A DNA stretch of 55,378 bases from Gemmatimonadales bacterium (GTDB lineage Bacteria; Gemmatimonadota; Gemmatimonadetes; Gemmatimonadales; GWC2-71-9), in NCBI GenBank assembly GCA_031402135.1, contig JANNSC010000087.1, positions 1 through 55,378 on the forward strand. The letters are read 5' to 3'. The position numbers and the translations under genes are program-made. The notes beneath the pieces were generated by a model. The model had not been told where the DNA came from, made no database searches, and saw only the letters and a list, made by a program, of their open reading frames with translations. Positions 54,600 through 55,378 of the stretch are shown piece after piece (the stretch's first letter is position 1; every line of letters begins with the position of its first letter).

Positions 54600-55378
54600 A
54601 GTTTCCTTTGCGCGACCTTCCCCAAGCCAAGGCGCTCGACTCCCGGGAGAATCTTCTGGAATTCGCCCACGAGCACAACCGCCACCGAATCGGTCCGAAT
54701 GTACTTCCGCGCGACCCGCCTCACATCCTCGGCAGTGACCGCCATGATCCGACGGACATAATCGTCGTACCAGGTGAAGGGCAGCCCGAAGGTGAGCAGC
54801 GTCCCGATTTCTCCGGCCATCTGCCCGGTGGTCTCAAAGGAACCAGCCACCCGGAGGGCCAGGTACTGACGGGTCCGCTCGAGTTCGTCCGGATCAACCA
54901 GAGTCTCCCGGATGCTTCGGAGTTCCTTGAAAAACTCCACCAGCGAACTATCGGTGGCGTCGGTGCGAACGTCGGCCGAAGCGGTGAACGCTCCCTGGAG
55001 CGGTTGATTGTTAAAGGTCGAGGAAGCGCCGTAGGTGTAGCCCTTGGTTTCTCGGAGGTTGGTATTGAGGCGGGAAGAAAACGACCCACCAGGCTAAGTG
55101 TGCATGACCTGGATGGCATAGTAGTCTACACTACTACGTTCAACACCCCTGTGTCCGATTCGGATGACGGACGGTGCCGCCCCGGGTTTGTCGACCAGGT
55201 AAACTGCGGTTGGCGCGCTGGGAGGGGATATGACTGACGACCGGCACCGAGTGATCTTTGTGCACGATCAGGCGGAGGCCGTTGGGGAGGGTGTCCATGA
55301 CGTAGGGCACCCGGAGCGGGGCCGACTGCTGGGCGCTGAGCAAAGTTGCAGGGCCCGCGAGGAGCTCGAGAAGAAGCA
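54596..55378 (-). pseudogene. M16 (pitrilysin/insulinase) family peptidase, disrupted: frame break, missing catalytic half, in-frame TAG
   Basis: The distal frame reads ...LPNGLRLIVHKDHSVPVV (M16 N-terminus after a signal-like LLLELLAGPATLLSAQQ), then loses homology and stops at 55140. A second frame reads PTAVYLVDKPGAAPSVIRIGHRGVERSSVDYYAIQVMHT-TAG(55094-55096)-PGGSFSSRLNTNLRETKGYTYG... through to the stop at 54596. No HxxEH region is present in any frame. Confidence 0.7.

Noticed and set aside
7648-55136. Recurrent AT-rich TAGTAG/CTACTA-containing patches (7650, 14032, 15619, 35601-35636, 41801, 55119-55136), considered as a dispersed repeat or REP-like element.
   Set aside because: The shared core is only 6-7 nt. 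Several copies are simply Tyr/Leu/Ser codons inside conserved coding sequence (YYDY, ELLLG, SSVDYY) or include a stop codon (rnd TAG at 14032). There are no conserved flanks. This is probably an eye-catching effect of AT-rich words in GC-rich DNA.

Overview
High-GC (roughly two-thirds G+C by eye) bacterial chromosomal window. It is densely packed and mostly housekeeping: about 55 protein genes and one structured RNA. It covers the replication-origin neighbourhood: dnaN<-dnaA diverging from rpmH->rnpA->yidD->yidC->mnmE. Other content: a complete sufBCDSU Fe-S assembly operon extended by a bacilliredoxin, polA, mutS, holA, ddl, pyrE, def, rnd, mtgA, the RNase P RNA gene (rnpB), two Hanks-type Ser/Thr kinases flanking an AraC-type regulator, and many envelope or secreted proteins (PlpD-like patatin autotransporter, MMPL transporter, GWxTD protein, beta-propellers, SPOR protein, rhomboid). 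The protein repertoire suggests a Gemmatimonadota-like / FCB-group organism, but this is inference only. I see no CRISPR array, transposase, integrase, phage genes or recognisable defence system, and no convincing novel multi-gene system. The points most worth a second look are: (1) rpmH, absent from the ORF track, lies fully inside an open rnpA reading frame, as in Thermus; (2) a degraded M16 peptidase gene at the right edge, with frame break, loss of the catalytic half and an in-frame TAG; (3) a candidate oriC/DUE in the dnaA-dnaN spacer; (4) a kinase-pyrE-AraC-kinase cluster; (5) an orphan ATP-grasp-like gene next to a divergent DAACS transporter; (6) a suf operon carrying a bacilliredoxin plus an unknown small ORF. 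Many long alternative-frame ORFs in the track are GC-rich artefacts. Most start codons are inferred from overlaps and Shine-Dalgarno (SD) motifs and remain uncertain.
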